Origin: an uncultured Erysipelotrichaceae bacterium
GTDB lineage: Bacteria > Bacillota_I > Bacilli_A > RF39 > UBA660
NCBI GenBank assembly: GCA_902797275.1
Contig: CADBSI010000024.1
Coordinates: 1-42,545 of the forward strand
Length of the DNA stretch: 42,545 bases
Direction: 5' to 3'
A program made the position numbers and the translations under genes. Numbering within the stretch: the stretch's first letter is position 1; every line of letters begins with the position of its first letter. The notes below the pieces were generated by a model. That model saw nothing but the letters and a program-made list of their open reading frames with translations, was not told where the DNA came from and ran no database searches. Below are positions 8,184-18,834 of the stretch, in pieces.

Positions 8184-9563
8184 ATGAAAATAGATGTAAA
8201 AGATGTCATGAATGATTTAGAAAAGTATATGGGAAAAAAAGTTGTAATAGATGGTTGGGTTAGAAATCATCGTAAACAAAAAGAATTTGGTTTTATTGAT
8301 TTTAGTGATGGAACTTGTTTTAAAAATGTTCAATTAGTTTATGATAATAAATTAGCTGATTTTGAAGAAATTACTAAAATTAAAGTTGGTTCTAGTTTAG
8401 AAGTAGAAGGTGAGGTTATTAAATCTGAAGGAAGTGGTCAAGACTTTGAAATTAAAGTTAGTAGTATCAAAGTAATTGGAGAATGTCCTGATGAATACCC
8501 AATTCAACCTAAAAGACATACAAGAGAGTTTTTAAGAGAACAAGCTTATTTAAGACCTAGAACTAATTTATTTAATGCTATTTTTCGTGTTAGAAGCATT
8601 GCTGCTTATGCAATACATAATTATTTTCAAGAAAGAGGCTATGTATATTTTCATGCTCCTTTAATTACATCAAGTGATTGCGAAGGAGCAGGTCAAATGT
8701 TTCAAGTTACAACTCTTGATTTAAATAGAGTTGCTAAATCTGGTGTAGTTGATTACTCAAAAGATTTCTTTGGTAAAACCGCAGCTCTTACTGTATCAGG
8801 TCAACTTGAAGCTGAAACATTTGCTCTTGCTTATAAAAAAGTTTATACATTTGGTCCTACTTTTAGAGCTGAAAATTCTAATACTAAAACTCATGCAAGT
8901 GAATTTTGGATGATTGAACCAGAAATTGCTTTTTGTGATTTAGAAGGTGATATGAATGTCATGGAAGATATGCTTAAATATGTAGTTAAATATGTTCTTG
9001 ATAATTGTAAAGATGAAATGAAATTCTTTGATAGCTTTGTTGAAAAAGGTTTATTAGAAAAACTAAATAAATTATTAACTAGTCATTTTACAAGAATTAG
9101 TCATCATGATGTAATAACAATTTTAAAAGAAGCAAAAGTTGATTGGGAATTCAAGCCAGAATATGGAGAAGACATAGCTAAAGAACATGAAAAATATATA
9201 ACTGAGTATTTTGATGGTCCTGTATTTATAACAAATTGGCCAAAAGATATAAAAGCTTTCTATATGAAATTAAATCCAGATAAAGAAACTGTTGCTGCAG
9301 TTGATTTAGAAGTGCCAGGAGCAGGGGAATTAATGGGTGGATCTCAAAGAGAAGAAGACTATGATAAATTAGTTAGTCGTATGAAAGAATTAGATATGGA
9401 TGCTTCATCTATGGAATGGTATTTAAATTTAAGAAAATTTGGAGGATGTCCTCATTCAGGATTTGGAATGGGCTTTGAAAGATTATTAATTTATCTAACA
9501 GGGGTTGAAAACATTCGTGATGTTATACCTTACCCAAGAACTCCAGGAAACTGTGAATACTAA
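8184..9563 (+). CDS. asnS: Asparagine--tRNA ligase
   Basis: 459 aa class IIb synthetase. N-terminal OB fold, FRAENSNTKTHASEFWMIEPE (AsnRS-type motif 2 region), GFGMGFERL motif 3. AGGAGG RBS. Confidence 0.9.
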   Translation: MKIDVKDVMNDLEKYMGKKVVIDGWVRNHRKQKEFGFIDFSDGTCFKNVQLVYDNKLADFEEITKIKVGSSLEVEGEVIKSEGSGQDFEIKVSSIKVIGECPDEYPIQPKRHTREFLREQAYLRPRTNLFNAIFRVRSIAAYAIHNYFQERGYVYFHAPLITSSDCEGAGQMFQVTTLDLNRVAKSGVVDYSKDFFGKTAALTVSGQLEAETFALAYKKVYTFGPTFRAENSNTKTHASEFWMIEPEIAFCDLEGDMNVMEDMLKYVVKYVLDNCKDEMKFFDSFVEKGLLEKLNKLLTSHFTRISHHDVITILKEAKVDWEFKPEYGEDIAKEHEKYITEYFDGPVFITNWPKDIKAFYMKLNPDKETVAAVDLEVPGAGELMGGSQREEDYDKLVSRMKELDMDASSMEWYLNLRKFGGCPHSGFGMGFERLLIYLTGVENIRDVIPYPRTPGNCEY

Positions 9564-9600
9564 AAACTAATAGTGATCTTACTCACTACTAGTTTTTTTT
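9562..9600. terminator. Bidirectional terminator between asnS and the PrsW-like gene
   Basis: AAAAACTAATAGTGA (9562-9576) pairs with TCACTACTAGTTTTT (9583-9597) with one mismatch. A T-run follows. It overlaps the stop of the minus-strand gene. Confidence 0.6.
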
Positions 9601-10356
9601 ATACCCACATGTAGGACAATAATTAAATTCAATATAACTGTTGCATCTAGGACAAATATTAGGATCAATTCTTTCTTTATCATATTTAACAGATTGCTTA
9701 ATTTTTATAATAGTTATAATAAACAAACTAATTAAAAAGATAAAATAAATAATTAAGAATAATAAATTATTAGATAATAATAAATAATCATATATTCCAT
9801 GTAAAATAGTAGGAACTATTACACTAAGAATTAAATTTTTCTTAAAAGAACCATGTAATTTAAATTTACTATTACCTAAGAAATAACCCATCATTGTTTG
9901 AAAACAAGCATGTCCAGGAATAGCTGTTAAACTTCTTAAAATAGCTGTTTGTAAAGCTTGCTCACTGCCAAGTACATAAATTACATTTTCAAAACAAGCA
10001 AATCCAAGTCCTACAAAAACACTATATAAAATAATATCATAGTATTGATCAAAATATTTACTATTATAAGATATTTTATAAATCATTAACCATTTAACTA
10101 ATTCTTCTATTAAAGCAATAAAGCAAAAACAATAAAAAATTAATTCTATGTTATTTAATTTATTAACCTCTAATAATTTAGGAAAAAATATAAGCCATAC
10201 TAACGATACAACAATAACAACAATTCCAGCTAAAATACCACTAAAAAATAATTTTTTTAGTAAACTTTTAGGTTCTTTAACTGTATCTTTATTATAGTAA
10301 TAATACCCTATTAAATAAATAGGTAAAAGTGATAAAAACAATATTAAATAATTCAT
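9589..10356 (-). CDS. PrsW-family intramembrane metalloprotease with C-terminal zinc ribbon
   Basis: 255 aa, polytopic. EELVKW, FACFEN, PGHACFQ and ILHGIYDY blocks match the PrsW pattern. C-terminal CPRC...CPTC. Confidence 0.6.
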   Translation of the reverse strand: MNYLILFLSLLPIYLIGYYYYNKDTVKEPKSLLKKLFFSGILAGIVVIVVSLVWLIFFPKLLEVNKLNNIELIFYCFCFIALIEELVKWLMIYKISYNSKYFDQYYDIILYSVFVGLGFACFENVIYVLGSEQALQTAILRSLTAIPGHACFQTMMGYFLGNSKFKLHGSFKKNLILSVIVPTILHGIYDYLLLSNNLLFLIIYFIFLISLFIITIIKIKQSVKYDKERIDPNICPRCNSYIEFNYCPTCGYKKN

Positions 10357-10407
10357 GCTAACCTCTAGAATAATAATATCATAAATTAATATTATTTTAA
10401 ATACTAA

Positions 10408-10436
10408 TTGACTTATCTAAAAAAAAGATATATACT
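10408..10436 (+). promoter_or_regulatory. Candidate sigma-A promoter
   Basis: TTGACT (10408-10413), 17-nt spacer, TATACT (10431-10436). Confidence 0.45.
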
Positions 10437-10469
10437 TAAATTATAATAAGTGTAGGGAGGCAACGATTT

Positions 10470-11738
10470 ATGGAACGTAAGATATATAATGATTTATTAA
10501 AATGGAAAAAAGATGCTTATAAACCATTACTTATATATGGATCTAAACAAGTAGGTAAGACTTATTCGGTTATTGATTTTGGTAAGAAATGTTATAAAAA
10601 TATAGTTTACTTTGATACTACTAATAATAAAGAATTATTAGATATTTTAAAAAGAGAAAAAATACCTGAAAAAATTATTTTAAAATTATCAGTTTTATCA
10701 GGTGAAACTATTTTTAAACAAGATACTTTAATTATTTTAGATAATGTTGAAGATCCTTATATAGTAAAAGCTATTAAATTATTTGGTAATGAAAATAATC
10801 TATACCATATTATCATGATAACTTCTAAAAGAGATAATTTAGCTAAGTTTAAAGGAGAAGAACTACATTTTAAAGCTATGTATCCAATGGACTTTGAAGA
10901 GTTTTTAGTTAATATTGATAAAAGACAATTAGTTGATTTTATTAAAGAATCTTATGTTAATAATACCCCTATGCCTTTTCATCAAATGGCTCTTGATCTA
11001 TACAATGATTATTTAATACTAGGAGGCTACCCTGAAGTAATAGATGCTTATATTAATAAAAGAGATTATTTAACAATTGAAAGTATTAAACAAAAAATAA
11101 TTAATTTAATTAAATCTGAAACCATATATGCAAGAAATTTAATTGATATATCAAGAACAAATGAAGTGTTAGATAGTTTACCCTTTCAACTTCTAAAAGA
11201 AAATAAAAAGTTTCAATATGGTAATATAAAAAAAGGAAGTAGAAGCAAAGACTATGAAGCAAGTATTCAATTTTTAGGTATTAATAGTTTAATTCATCGT
11301 AGTTTTAAATTAAATGATATAAAAAGTCCTTTAAGTAGTTATAAAGATATAGAAAGTTTTAAACTATACCCAAATGATGTTGGTATACTTTATACAATGC
11401 TTCATTTAAATAGAAGAAAGTTTTTAACTGATAATGAAATAAAAAGAACTTTAATAGAATGTAATGTTAGTAATACTTTAATAAATCTTGGTTATAGTAT
11501 TTATTACTATCAATCAGATGGTAAATCTGAAATAAACTTTATAATTCAAAATAGAATGGGTGAAATTATACCTATAGAAATACTTAATATGAATTTAACT
11601 AAAGCAAAAGCTTTATCAATGTTTACCTCAAAATATAAAGTAGCAAGTCCTATAAGATTAACAGAAGATAACTTTACTAAAAAGAAAAATATTAGATATA
11701 TTCCAGTATATGCAAGTTTTTGTTTAAAAGAATTATAG
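10470..11738 (+). CDS. AAA-type ATPase of the AAA_14/DUF4143 kind
   Basis: 422 aa. Walker A GSKQVGKT near the N-terminus, Walker B-like LIILDNVE. Size and layout are typical of this widespread family. GGGAGG RBS. Confidence 0.6.
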   Translation: MERKIYNDLLKWKKDAYKPLLIYGSKQVGKTYSVIDFGKKCYKNIVYFDTTNNKELLDILKREKIPEKIILKLSVLSGETIFKQDTLIILDNVEDPYIVKAIKLFGNENNLYHIIMITSKRDNLAKFKGEELHFKAMYPMDFEEFLVNIDKRQLVDFIKESYVNNTPMPFHQMALDLYNDYLILGGYPEVIDAYINKRDYLTIESIKQKIINLIKSETIYARNLIDISRTNEVLDSLPFQLLKENKKFQYGNIKKGSRSKDYEASIQFLGINSLIHRSFKLNDIKSPLSSYKDIESFKLYPNDVGILYTMLHLNRRKFLTDNEIKRTLIECNVSNTLINLGYSIYYYQSDGKSEINFIIQNRMGEIIPIEILNMNLTKAKALSMFTSKYKVASPIRLTEDNFTKKKNIRYIPVYASFCLKEL

Positions 11739-11780
11739 TATAATTTAAATATTTATAAGTAAAATAATAATGGTGATTAA

Positions 11781-12305
11781 ATGAATAAAAAAATATTATT
11801 TATAAACACGATTATTATTTTTTTATCTTTATTTTTATTTCATAATATCTATAACTTAATTCCATGTTCAATAACAGCTTTTTTGTTTCCTGTAAATGAA
11901 AGTTTATATGAACATTTAAAACTAATGGTTATATCAGAATTTATTATAGGATTAATTACTTATTTAGTATTAAAATTAAAAAAAATTAAATTTAGTAATT
12001 ATATATCAGGTTTATTAATAGGAACAATTATAACTATTATTTTATTCTTTTTAATTTATTTACCTATTTATAATCGTTTTGGAGAAAATTTAATTATAAC
12101 TATGTTAATTTATTTAATAACTTTAATAATAGGTAATATTATTTGGTATTTAATTAGTAAGAAAAATCATAATAAAGAATTAAATAATTTAAGTTTAGTA
12201 ATAATAATAGTTATTACTATAATACTAGGTTATTTAACTTATAATCCTTTAAAAACAAAATTTTTCTTTGATCCTATAAATGAAATATATGGGATAAATA
12301 AATAA
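11781..12305 (+). CDS. Uncharacterised polytopic membrane protein
   Basis: 174 aa with about 5 hydrophobic helices. GGTGA RBS. No motif I can name with confidence. Confidence 0.5.
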   Translation: MNKKILFINTIIIFLSLFLFHNIYNLIPCSITAFLFPVNESLYEHLKLMVISEFIIGLITYLVLKLKKIKFSNYISGLLIGTIITIILFFLIYLPIYNRFGENLIITMLIYLITLIIGNIIWYLISKKNHNKELNNLSLVIIIVITIILGYLTYNPLKTKFFFDPINEIYGINK

Positions 12306-12356
12306 AAAAATTAGTAAAAGTTTAAAAAAAACATATATTATTATATGGAGGCTAAT

Positions 12357-14645
12357 ATGTTTCAAAAATTTGATGAAGATACAAAAAAAGTATTAAAGAT
12401 GGCTAAATATGAAATGCAAAAATTAAAACATTCGTTTGTAGGATCAGAACATTTATTATTAAGTATATTAAGTAATAAGGATTTAGATTTAACTATAAGA
12501 CTTAATAGTTATAATATTAACTATGAGAATTTTAAAGAAACACTTATAAATTTAATAGGTGTGGGTAATAGTTTGAATTCTTATTTTATTTATACACCTC
12601 TTTTAAAAAGAATAATTGAAAATGCTATTTTAGATTCTAAAGAAGATAATAGGTTTGAAGTTAATTTAAATGATTTATTTTTATCTTTTTTAGATGAAGG
12701 AGAAGGAGTAGGTATAAGAGTATTAACTAGTTTAGGTATTAATATAGATGATTTATATCTAGATTTTATAAATATTAAACCGTGTAAAGGTAAAAGTAAA
12801 AAGAAATTATCTTTATATGAATGGGGTTATGATTTAGTTCAAAAAGCTTTAGAAAATAAAATTGATCCAGTAATAGGAAGAGATCAAGAAATAAATCGTT
12901 TAATAGAAATTTTATTAAGAAGAACTAAGAATAATCCTTTATTATTGGGAGAAGCAGGTGTTGGTAAAACGGCAATAGTAGAAGGACTTGCTTTAAAAAT
13001 AAGTAATAAAAGTGTTCCACCTCAATTATTAAATAAAAAAATAATTTCTTTATCTCTAGCAAGTTTAGTAGCCGGTACTAAATACCGAGGTGAATTTGAA
13101 GATAAAGTTAATAAAATAATTTCAGAACTTGAAGAAAATCCTGATTTAATTCTTTTTATAGATGAAATCCATTCTTTAGTAGGAGCAGGGGGTGCTGAAG
13201 GAGCAATAGATGCTGCTAATATTTTTAAACCAGCCTTAGCAAGAGGTAAATTAAAATTAATAGGTGCAACTACTCTAGCTGAATATAAAGATACTATAGA
13301 AAAAGATAAAGCCCTTGCAAGACGTTTTCAAACAGTTTTAATAAAAGAACCAAGTCTAGAAGAAACAAAAATAATTTTAAAAAAATTAAAACCAATATAT
13401 GAAAACTATCATCAAGTAATAATTAAAAATGATATAATTGATAATATAGTTAAATTAACAAATAAATATATTTATAACCGAAAAAACCCTGATAAATCAA
13501 TAGATATTCTAGATGAAGTATGTATTTATAGATCTCTTACTAAAGATAAAAAAATGCAAAAGAAAGAAAATATTTTAAAAGAATTAGATTTAACTTTAAA
13601 AGAAAAAAATAATTATTTATTAAAACATGATTTTAAAGAAGCATCTAAATGTAAAAATCAAGAATTAATATTAGAAGATAAATTAAATGAATTACAAATT
13701 AAAGAAAATGATTTAATCAAAAAAGAAGTAAGTATAAATGATGTTTTAATTGTTATTAATAAAAAAACTAATATTCCTATTTATTCTTTTAATACTAAAA
13801 ATATTTCTAAATTACAAAAGTTAGAAAAAGATTTAAATAAAGTAATAATAGGTCAAGAAGAAGCTATTAAAGTAATAGTAAAAGAAACTAAATTGTTAAA
13901 ATTTGGTTTAAAATCAAATGAAAAACCTGTATCTTATCTTTTTACAGGTTCTTCAGGAATAGGTAAAACGGAACTTGTTAAAGAATATGCAAGATTATTA
14001 AATATGCCTTTAATAAGAATAGACGGAAGTGAATATAAAGAAAATCATTCTATAAGTAAAATATTAGGTTCTCCTCCTGGATATGTCGGGTATGATAATC
14101 ACATATCTTTAATAGATGATATTAAGACTAATCCTTTTTCGATAATACTAGTAGATGAAATAGAAAAATCTTGTAATTCTTTTTTAAATTTGTTCTTACA
14201 ATTATTAGATGAAGGATTTATAACAACATCAACAGGTGAAAAAGTATATTTTAATAATTCTATTATTATATTTACTAGTAATATAACTACTAATACCTCT
14301 ATGATAGGATTTAATCAAGATAAAGAAAAAGTAATCAAAGATAAATTAACTAATATACTAAGTATAGAACTATTAAATAGAATTAATCATGTAATTCAAT
14401 TTAATAAATTAACTGAAGATAATATAAGATGTATTATAAAAAATAAAATAATGAATATAAAAAATAAATTTAAAGACTATAATATAGTAATAAATATAAG
14501 TAATAATTTTATAGACAATATTATTAAATTATCTAATTATAAAGAATATGGTGCTAGAAAAATAAATAAATTATTAGAAGAAAAAATAGATGATATAGTA
14601 ATAGATAGTATTTTAAATAATGAAAAGAAAGTTAGAATAAGTTAA
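12357..14645 (+). CDS. clpC: ATP-dependent Clp protease ATP-binding subunit ClpC
   Basis: Clp_N repeats. D1 Walker [16 protein letters not shown] and Walker B LFIDEIH. Degenerate UVR-like linker. D2 [10 protein letters not shown] and ILVDEIEK. ClpP-docking MIGF loop. Start moved to the ATG at 12357, because the GGAGG RBS lies inside the track ORF start at 12345. Confidence 0.85.
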   Translation: MFQKFDEDTKKVLKMAKYEMQKLKHSFVGSEHLLLSILSNKDLDLTIRLNSYNINYENFKETLINLIGVGNSLNSYFIYTPLLKRIIENAILDSKEDNRFEVNLNDLFLSFLDEGEGVGIRVLTSLGINIDDLYLDFINIKPCKGKSKKKLSLYEWGYDLVQKALENKIDPVIGRDQEINRLIEILLRRTKNNPLLLGEAGVGKTAIVEGLALKISNKSVPPQLLNKKIISLSLASLVAGTKYRGEFEDKVNKIISELEENPDLILFIDEIHSLVGAGGAEGAIDAANIFKPALARGKLKLIGATTLAEYKDTIEKDKALARRFQTVLIKEPSLEETKIILKKLKPIYENYHQVIIKNDIIDNIVKLTNKYIYNRKNPDKSIDILDEVCIYRSLTKDKKMQKKENILKELDLTLKEKNNYLLKHDFKEASKCKNQELILEDKLNELQIKENDLIKKEVSINDVLIVINKKTNIPIYSFNTKNISKLQKLEKDLNKVIIGQEEAIKVIVKETKLLKFGLKSNEKPVSYLFTGSSGIGKTELVKEYARLLNMPLIRIDGSEYKENHSISKILGSPPGYVGYDNHISLIDDIKTNPFSIILVDEIEKSCNSFLNLFLQLLDEGFITTSTGEKVYFNNSIIIFTSNITTNTSMIGFNQDKEKVIKDKLTNILSIELLNRINHVIQFNKLTEDNIRCIIKNKIMNIKNKFKDYNIVINISNNFIDNIIKLSNYKEYGARKINKLLEEKIDDIVIDSILNNEKKVRIS

Positions 14646-14663
14646 AGTATATAAATAGCTAAC

Positions 14664-14692
14664 TTTACAATTTATTAATAAAGTGCTATAAT
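14664..14692 (+). promoter_or_regulatory. Candidate sigma-A promoter with extended -10
   Basis: TTTACA (14664-14669), 17-nt spacer, TGcTATAAT (TATAAT 14687-14692). Confidence 0.4.
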
Positions 14693-14715
14693 ATATAGCC
14701 AAAAGGGGGGCTATT

Positions 14716-15507
14716 ATGAATGATTATTTAATAGATTTATATTTAAAATATTATGATACTAGAGAAAAATATGAAAGGATATATAAACGTTCTTTTAATG
14801 AGTTATTAAAAGAAATAGAAACGGAGTTATCTGTTTTATCATTAAAAGAGTTATTTGATGCTTATATAAAATATTCCAGAGTAAATTATTTAAAGAATTC
14901 TTATTTAAATAGTTTATTAAATTTAATATATGAAGATATTCAATTGAAGATAAATGATAATAATCCAATTGAAATAATAGATATGCATGCTGATTTATTT
15001 AGTTCAATGTTATCACTTGAAGATAATATTCAATCTTATAAAAATATTATACGTGTTAGAACTTATAATTTAGCTGATCCGTTCTTTATTTCTAATAAAA
15101 TTGAAAAAACTAATCAAGAACAAGCAGTTTTTATTCAAGAATATAAAGATGAAATAGAAACATTTAATCAAACTTTAAAAATTTCTCAAAGTTCTTTTAA
15201 TTATTTAGATAAACTACATAACTTATTAATGGAATGTCTTGATAATAAAATAGTATCTTTGTCAACAGAAGAAAGAAATAATCTTATACGTGATATAAAT
15301 AAAAGAATTGAATTATATTTTTCTCGTATAAATTATCAAAAGAACTTGTTAAATAATAAAACAGCTTTAGAATTAGAAATACGTTTAAAAGGTTTAAATA
15401 GTTATGATATAGCAGAAAATTTTAATTTTTCTAAATTAAAAAATAAATTAGAAGTATATGAAGATTATCAAAATAGATTATTAGAACAAAGGAACAAAAG
15501 CAAATAA
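14716..15507 (+). CDS. Hypothetical helical protein; possible C-terminal HTH
   Basis: 263 aa. AAGGGGGG RBS. The C-terminal LKGLNSYDIAENFNFSKLKNKLEVY loosely resembles a sigma-70 region-4 type HTH. No other motif recognised. Confidence 0.5.
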   Translation: MNDYLIDLYLKYYDTREKYERIYKRSFNELLKEIETELSVLSLKELFDAYIKYSRVNYLKNSYLNSLLNLIYEDIQLKINDNNPIEIIDMHADLFSSMLSLEDNIQSYKNIIRVRTYNLADPFFISNKIEKTNQEQAVFIQEYKDEIETFNQTLKISQSSFNYLDKLHNLLMECLDNKIVSLSTEERNNLIRDINKRIELYFSRINYQKNLLNNKTALELEIRLKGLNSYDIAENFNFSKLKNKLEVYEDYQNRLLEQRNKSK

Positions 15508-15514
15508 ATTTACT

Positions 15515-15545
15515 AACATCACCTCATGGTGATGTTATTTTTAAA
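15515..15545 (+). terminator. Intrinsic terminator
   Basis: AACATCACC (15515-15523), loop TCAT, GGTGATGTT (15528-15536), then ATTTTT. Confidence 0.7.
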
Positions 15546-15624
15546 TTAAAAGTAGTTTTATTTCTGTATTTTAATTATATTTTTTTTGTATATTTTCTTA
15601 TTATATAAAAAAAACTGAAAGAAT

Positions 15625-15999
15625 TCAGATTTTTTCATTATTTAAAATAATTGTATATATAGTTAAACCAATTAATAGAATTGATATCATTATATAATTA
15701 TTATTATAATATGTTTGATTATTAATAATATCTAAAGTTGTATTAGTATTAGTTATTTTATATAGCATAAATGTATAAAAGTAAATACCTATGTTTAATA
15801 TATTATAAGATAAACTATTTTTATAAATATCTTTTTTAGATAAAATTGCAATTATAATAAATATAGAATAAATAATATTTATAATAAAATATATAATAGA
15901 TAAAATACTAGTTTTATATAATTTATTAATTAGTAGAAACGTGATAAATAAATAAATTGTAAAAAGAATTATTGATAAATAATATACTATTTTTTTCAT
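15625..15999 (-). CDS. Small polytopic membrane protein (about 4 TM), unknown function
   Basis: 124 aa, very hydrophobic. Its ATG overlaps the TGA stop of the upstream AAA+ gene (ATGA at 15996-15999). Confidence 0.55.
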   Translation of the reverse strand: MKKIVYYLSIILFTIYLFITFLLINKLYKTSILSIIYFIINIIYSIFIIIAILSKKDIYKNSLSYNILNIGIYFYTFMLYKITNTNTTLDIINNQTYYNNNYIMISILLIGLTIYTIILNNEKI

Positions 16000-17201
16000 G
16001 TTTCATCCTTTAATATTTGTTTAGTTTCCATTAAATAGATATCTCTAAATACTTCATTAAATCTTACGAGTTCTTTTTTTATTACATCAGGGTAGATTAA
16101 TTTAGTATTTAAAATAGCTTTTCTAACATCTCTTATGTCTACTTCTTGACGATTATCAAATGCAGCATAGGAAAAAGCTTGTTGTAAAATAGTAAGAGAA
16201 ATATCAGGGTATCTTACAGAAGTTTCATAAGTTCTTTTAAACTCACTTGTTATATCAGTTATAAAGGCCATGATGTTTTGTTTAACAAAGTCTGTATATT
16301 TTAGTTTTAAACCCATTTTCTTTTCAAATTTTGGATAAGTTCCCATCATGATTTGAATATTCATTTCTCTTGTTGGTTCTGATACTTCAACTTTTTGAAA
16401 ACGCCTTACAAATGCTTTGTCTCTTAAGATATAACGATCGTATTCATCACTTGTAGTTGCTCCTATTATTTTGATTGTACCTCGATCAATAACTGGTTTA
16501 AAAATATTAGCAAAGTCTAAGGTGTTTTCTCCATTACCAATTAAAGTATGAATTTCATCAATGAAGACCATAACTCGATCAAGATTTTTTAAATTATCTA
16601 CAACATGTTGAATTCTTAATTCTTGCGTATCAGGAATAATACCAGTTAAACTAGCACTACTTAGTTTTAAAATAGTATAATTTTTTAAAGCATCAGGAAT
16701 ATTTCCATTTTGAATTCTATAACTTAATCCTTCGACAATTGCCGTTTTACCAATACCTGGTTTACCAACTAAAATACCTGATTTTTCAGGAGTTAAAAGA
16801 ATTACAATTAATTCTTGAATTTCTTTTTCTCTTCCTATAGCAGGATTAGTTATATATTCCTTATCAGTTATATCTTCACCATATTCTAAAAGAACTTTAT
16901 AATATGGACTATTTTTTATATCTTTGCTATCATTAGAACTATCTTGTTCTTCTTGATTTTCTTCATTAGTATTGTTTTCTTCCTGAACACTATTTTCTTC
17001 TTGACTTGTTTTTTTTATTTCTTCTTTATTAGTATCATCATTAATAGTTTCTATAACTTCATCATCAAGATTATCTTCATTATCTATTACATCAATAACA
17101 GTATCAAACATATTATTTTCTTTAGTTTCATCTTCTAAAATATCCTCATTTTGATCTTCATCAATTAATTCTAAATTGTCTATATCAGTTTGATTTTCCA
17201 T
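15996..17201 (-). CDS. Single-domain Clp/Hsp100 D1-type AAA+ ATPase with acidic N-terminal tail
   Basis: 401 aa. Residues 1 to about 100 are D/E/N-rich low complexity. The rest aligns by eye to ClpC D1: [49 protein letters not shown]. There is no Clp_N, no D2 domain and no ClpP loop. AAAGGTGGTGG RBS. Confidence 0.7.
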   Translation of the reverse strand: MENQTDIDNLELIDEDQNEDILEDETKENNMFDTVIDVIDNEDNLDDEVIETINDDTNKEEIKKTSQEENSVQEENNTNEENQEEQDSSNDSKDIKNSPYYKVLLEYGEDITDKEYITNPAIGREKEIQELIVILLTPEKSGILVGKPGIGKTAIVEGLSYRIQNGNIPDALKNYTILKLSSASLTGIIPDTQELRIQHVVDNLKNLDRVMVFIDEIHTLIGNGENTLDFANIFKPVIDRGTIKIIGATTSDEYDRYILRDKAFVRRFQKVEVSEPTREMNIQIMMGTYPKFEKKMGLKLKYTDFVKQNIMAFITDITSEFKRTYETSVRYPDISLTILQQAFSYAAFDNRQEVDIRDVRKAILNTKLIYPDVIKKELVRFNEVFRDIYLMETKQILKDET

Positions 17202-17317
17202 GAGCCACCACCTTTACTAGTTTATTATAACACAATTAATAGATAATAGAAAATACTTATTTTAATTATTGATATTATTTTAAAAAATATGTATAATAAT
17301 ACCGAAGGATGTGAAAG

Positions 17318-18571
17318 ATGAAAATTGTTGCTTTAACGAAAGAAGAATTTGATAATTTTGCTTATCATCATAAATATAGTACATATTATCAAACTTCAGC
17401 TTATGCCGAAACATCTAGGTATGAAGGATTAAATACTTTTTATATAGGTTTTGTTCAAGACAATGAATTAGTTGGTGTAACCTTATTTTTACATAAAACA
17501 ATTTATTTATATTATAAATATGCATATGCTCCTCGTGGTTTTTTAATTGATTATACAGATAGTAAATTAGTTAAAAATGTAACTATGGGACTTATTAATT
17601 TATTAAAAAAACAGCATTATGCTTTTATTAAAATAGATCCACCTATTATTTGTAGTGAAAGAGATAATAAAGGTAATATTATTTATTTTAGTAATACAAT
17701 TAATCAAATATTAGATACTTTAAAGAGTAATTCTTATATTCATATGGGATTTAATAAATATTTTGAAAATTATAAACCACGTTTAAATGCTTTTGTTAAT
17801 TTAACCTATGATTTAGAAAAAATATATTCTAATATTACTAATGAAGTAAAAGAAAAAATAGAAAATAGTATTAAATCAGGTTTAGAAATTAGTCTTGATA
17901 CAACTGGTAATGTTGATGAATTATATAAATTTATTGGTACTAAAAATAAAAAGCGTCGTAAAAGATATTATCAAGGTATGTATAATAATTTTTCTCGTAA
18001 TAATGCTATAGATATATTCTTTGTTAATATTAATACTGATAAATATTTAAGTAATATGAAAAGAAATTATGATTTAGAAGCAATTAAAAATGATGAACTT
18101 GCTTCTATGGTTCAAGATATGAGTATTGCTAGTAGTCAAAAACAATTAATTTTAAATGATAAAATGAAATCAGATGAAAGACTTAATTTTTATAAAAACG
18201 AATTAATATATGCTACTAACTTATCTAGAAATCATCCTGATTATTTTACAATAGGAGCGGGATTTACTATAAAACATAATAATGGAGTAGAGTTAATAAT
18301 TGATAGTTATTTAGATGAATATTTAAAATTTAATCCAAGATATGTATTTATTTGGGAACTTATTAAAAAATATAAAAATGAAGGATTTATGTATATAAAT
18401 TTAAATGGAGTAGTAGGTAATTTTAGTAAAGATAAATTAGGTAAGTATAAGAATTTAAATGATCCTAAATTAAGTTTTAATTCAACAATAATAGAATATA
18501 TAGGAGAATTTGATTTAGTTATTAATGACAGAATATATAAAAAATATAAAGAAGAAATAGAAAAGAAATAG
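17318..18571 (+). CDS. FemAB-family peptidoglycan interpeptide-bridge aminoacyltransferase
   Basis: 417 aa. Two GNAT-like halves are separated by a helical insert. YAYAPRGF block. Size is typical of FemX/FemA/MurM. Confidence 0.7.
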   Translation: MKIVALTKEEFDNFAYHHKYSTYYQTSAYAETSRYEGLNTFYIGFVQDNELVGVTLFLHKTIYLYYKYAYAPRGFLIDYTDSKLVKNVTMGLINLLKKQHYAFIKIDPPIICSERDNKGNIIYFSNTINQILDTLKSNSYIHMGFNKYFENYKPRLNAFVNLTYDLEKIYSNITNEVKEKIENSIKSGLEISLDTTGNVDELYKFIGTKNKKRRKRYYQGMYNNFSRNNAIDIFFVNINTDKYLSNMKRNYDLEAIKNDELASMVQDMSIASSQKQLILNDKMKSDERLNFYKNELIYATNLSRNHPDYFTIGAGFTIKHNNGVELIIDSYLDEYLKFNPRYVFIWELIKKYKNEGFMYINLNGVVGNFSKDKLGKYKNLNDPKLSFNSTIIEYIGEFDLVINDRIYKKYKEEIEKK

Positions 18572-18574
18572 CCT

Positions 18575-18620
18575 AGACTGTTAACAAAGTAAATTTTGTT
18601 AATAGTCTTTTTATTTTTTT
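18575..18620 (+). terminator. Intrinsic terminator after the FemAB gene
   Basis: A 14-bp stem: AGACTGTTAACAAA (18575-18588) pairs with TTTGTTAATAGTCT (18595-18608), with one G-T pair. A long T-run follows. Confidence 0.6.
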
Positions 18621-18671
18621 AAAATTGTAGTGTAATTAAAGAGTGATAAAAATGTTTACTAATACATAAAT

Positions 18672-18715
18672 AAAATAAAAAAGACAAATAAGCAAATTTT
18701 GTTTACTCATTTGTC
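18672..18715 (-). terminator. Possible spo0A terminator
   Basis: Imperfect hairpin 18683-18696 / 18702-18715 with two mismatches. It is preceded on the plus strand by an A-run, which is a U-run on the minus strand. Confidence 0.3.
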
Positions 18716-18834
18716 AACAGTCTTAAATTATTATTTTTAAGTATCTTTTAAATTTATATATAATTATTTTCTTTGCAAAAAGTACATCTATTTTTTTATT
18801 ATCCAAGAAGATTTCATAATTACTTAATTCCTTT

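Noticed and set aside
12306-12356. CtsR operator (GGTCAAA direct repeat) upstream of clpC
   Set aside because: I looked for it because clpC is usually CtsR-controlled. No GGTCAA heptamer is present in the upstream region.
16944-17138. 64-aa plus-strand ORF inside the AAA+ gene
   Set aside because: It is antisense to the acidic low-complexity coding region. The F/I-rich peptide is simply the complement of the D/E/N codons. No RBS.
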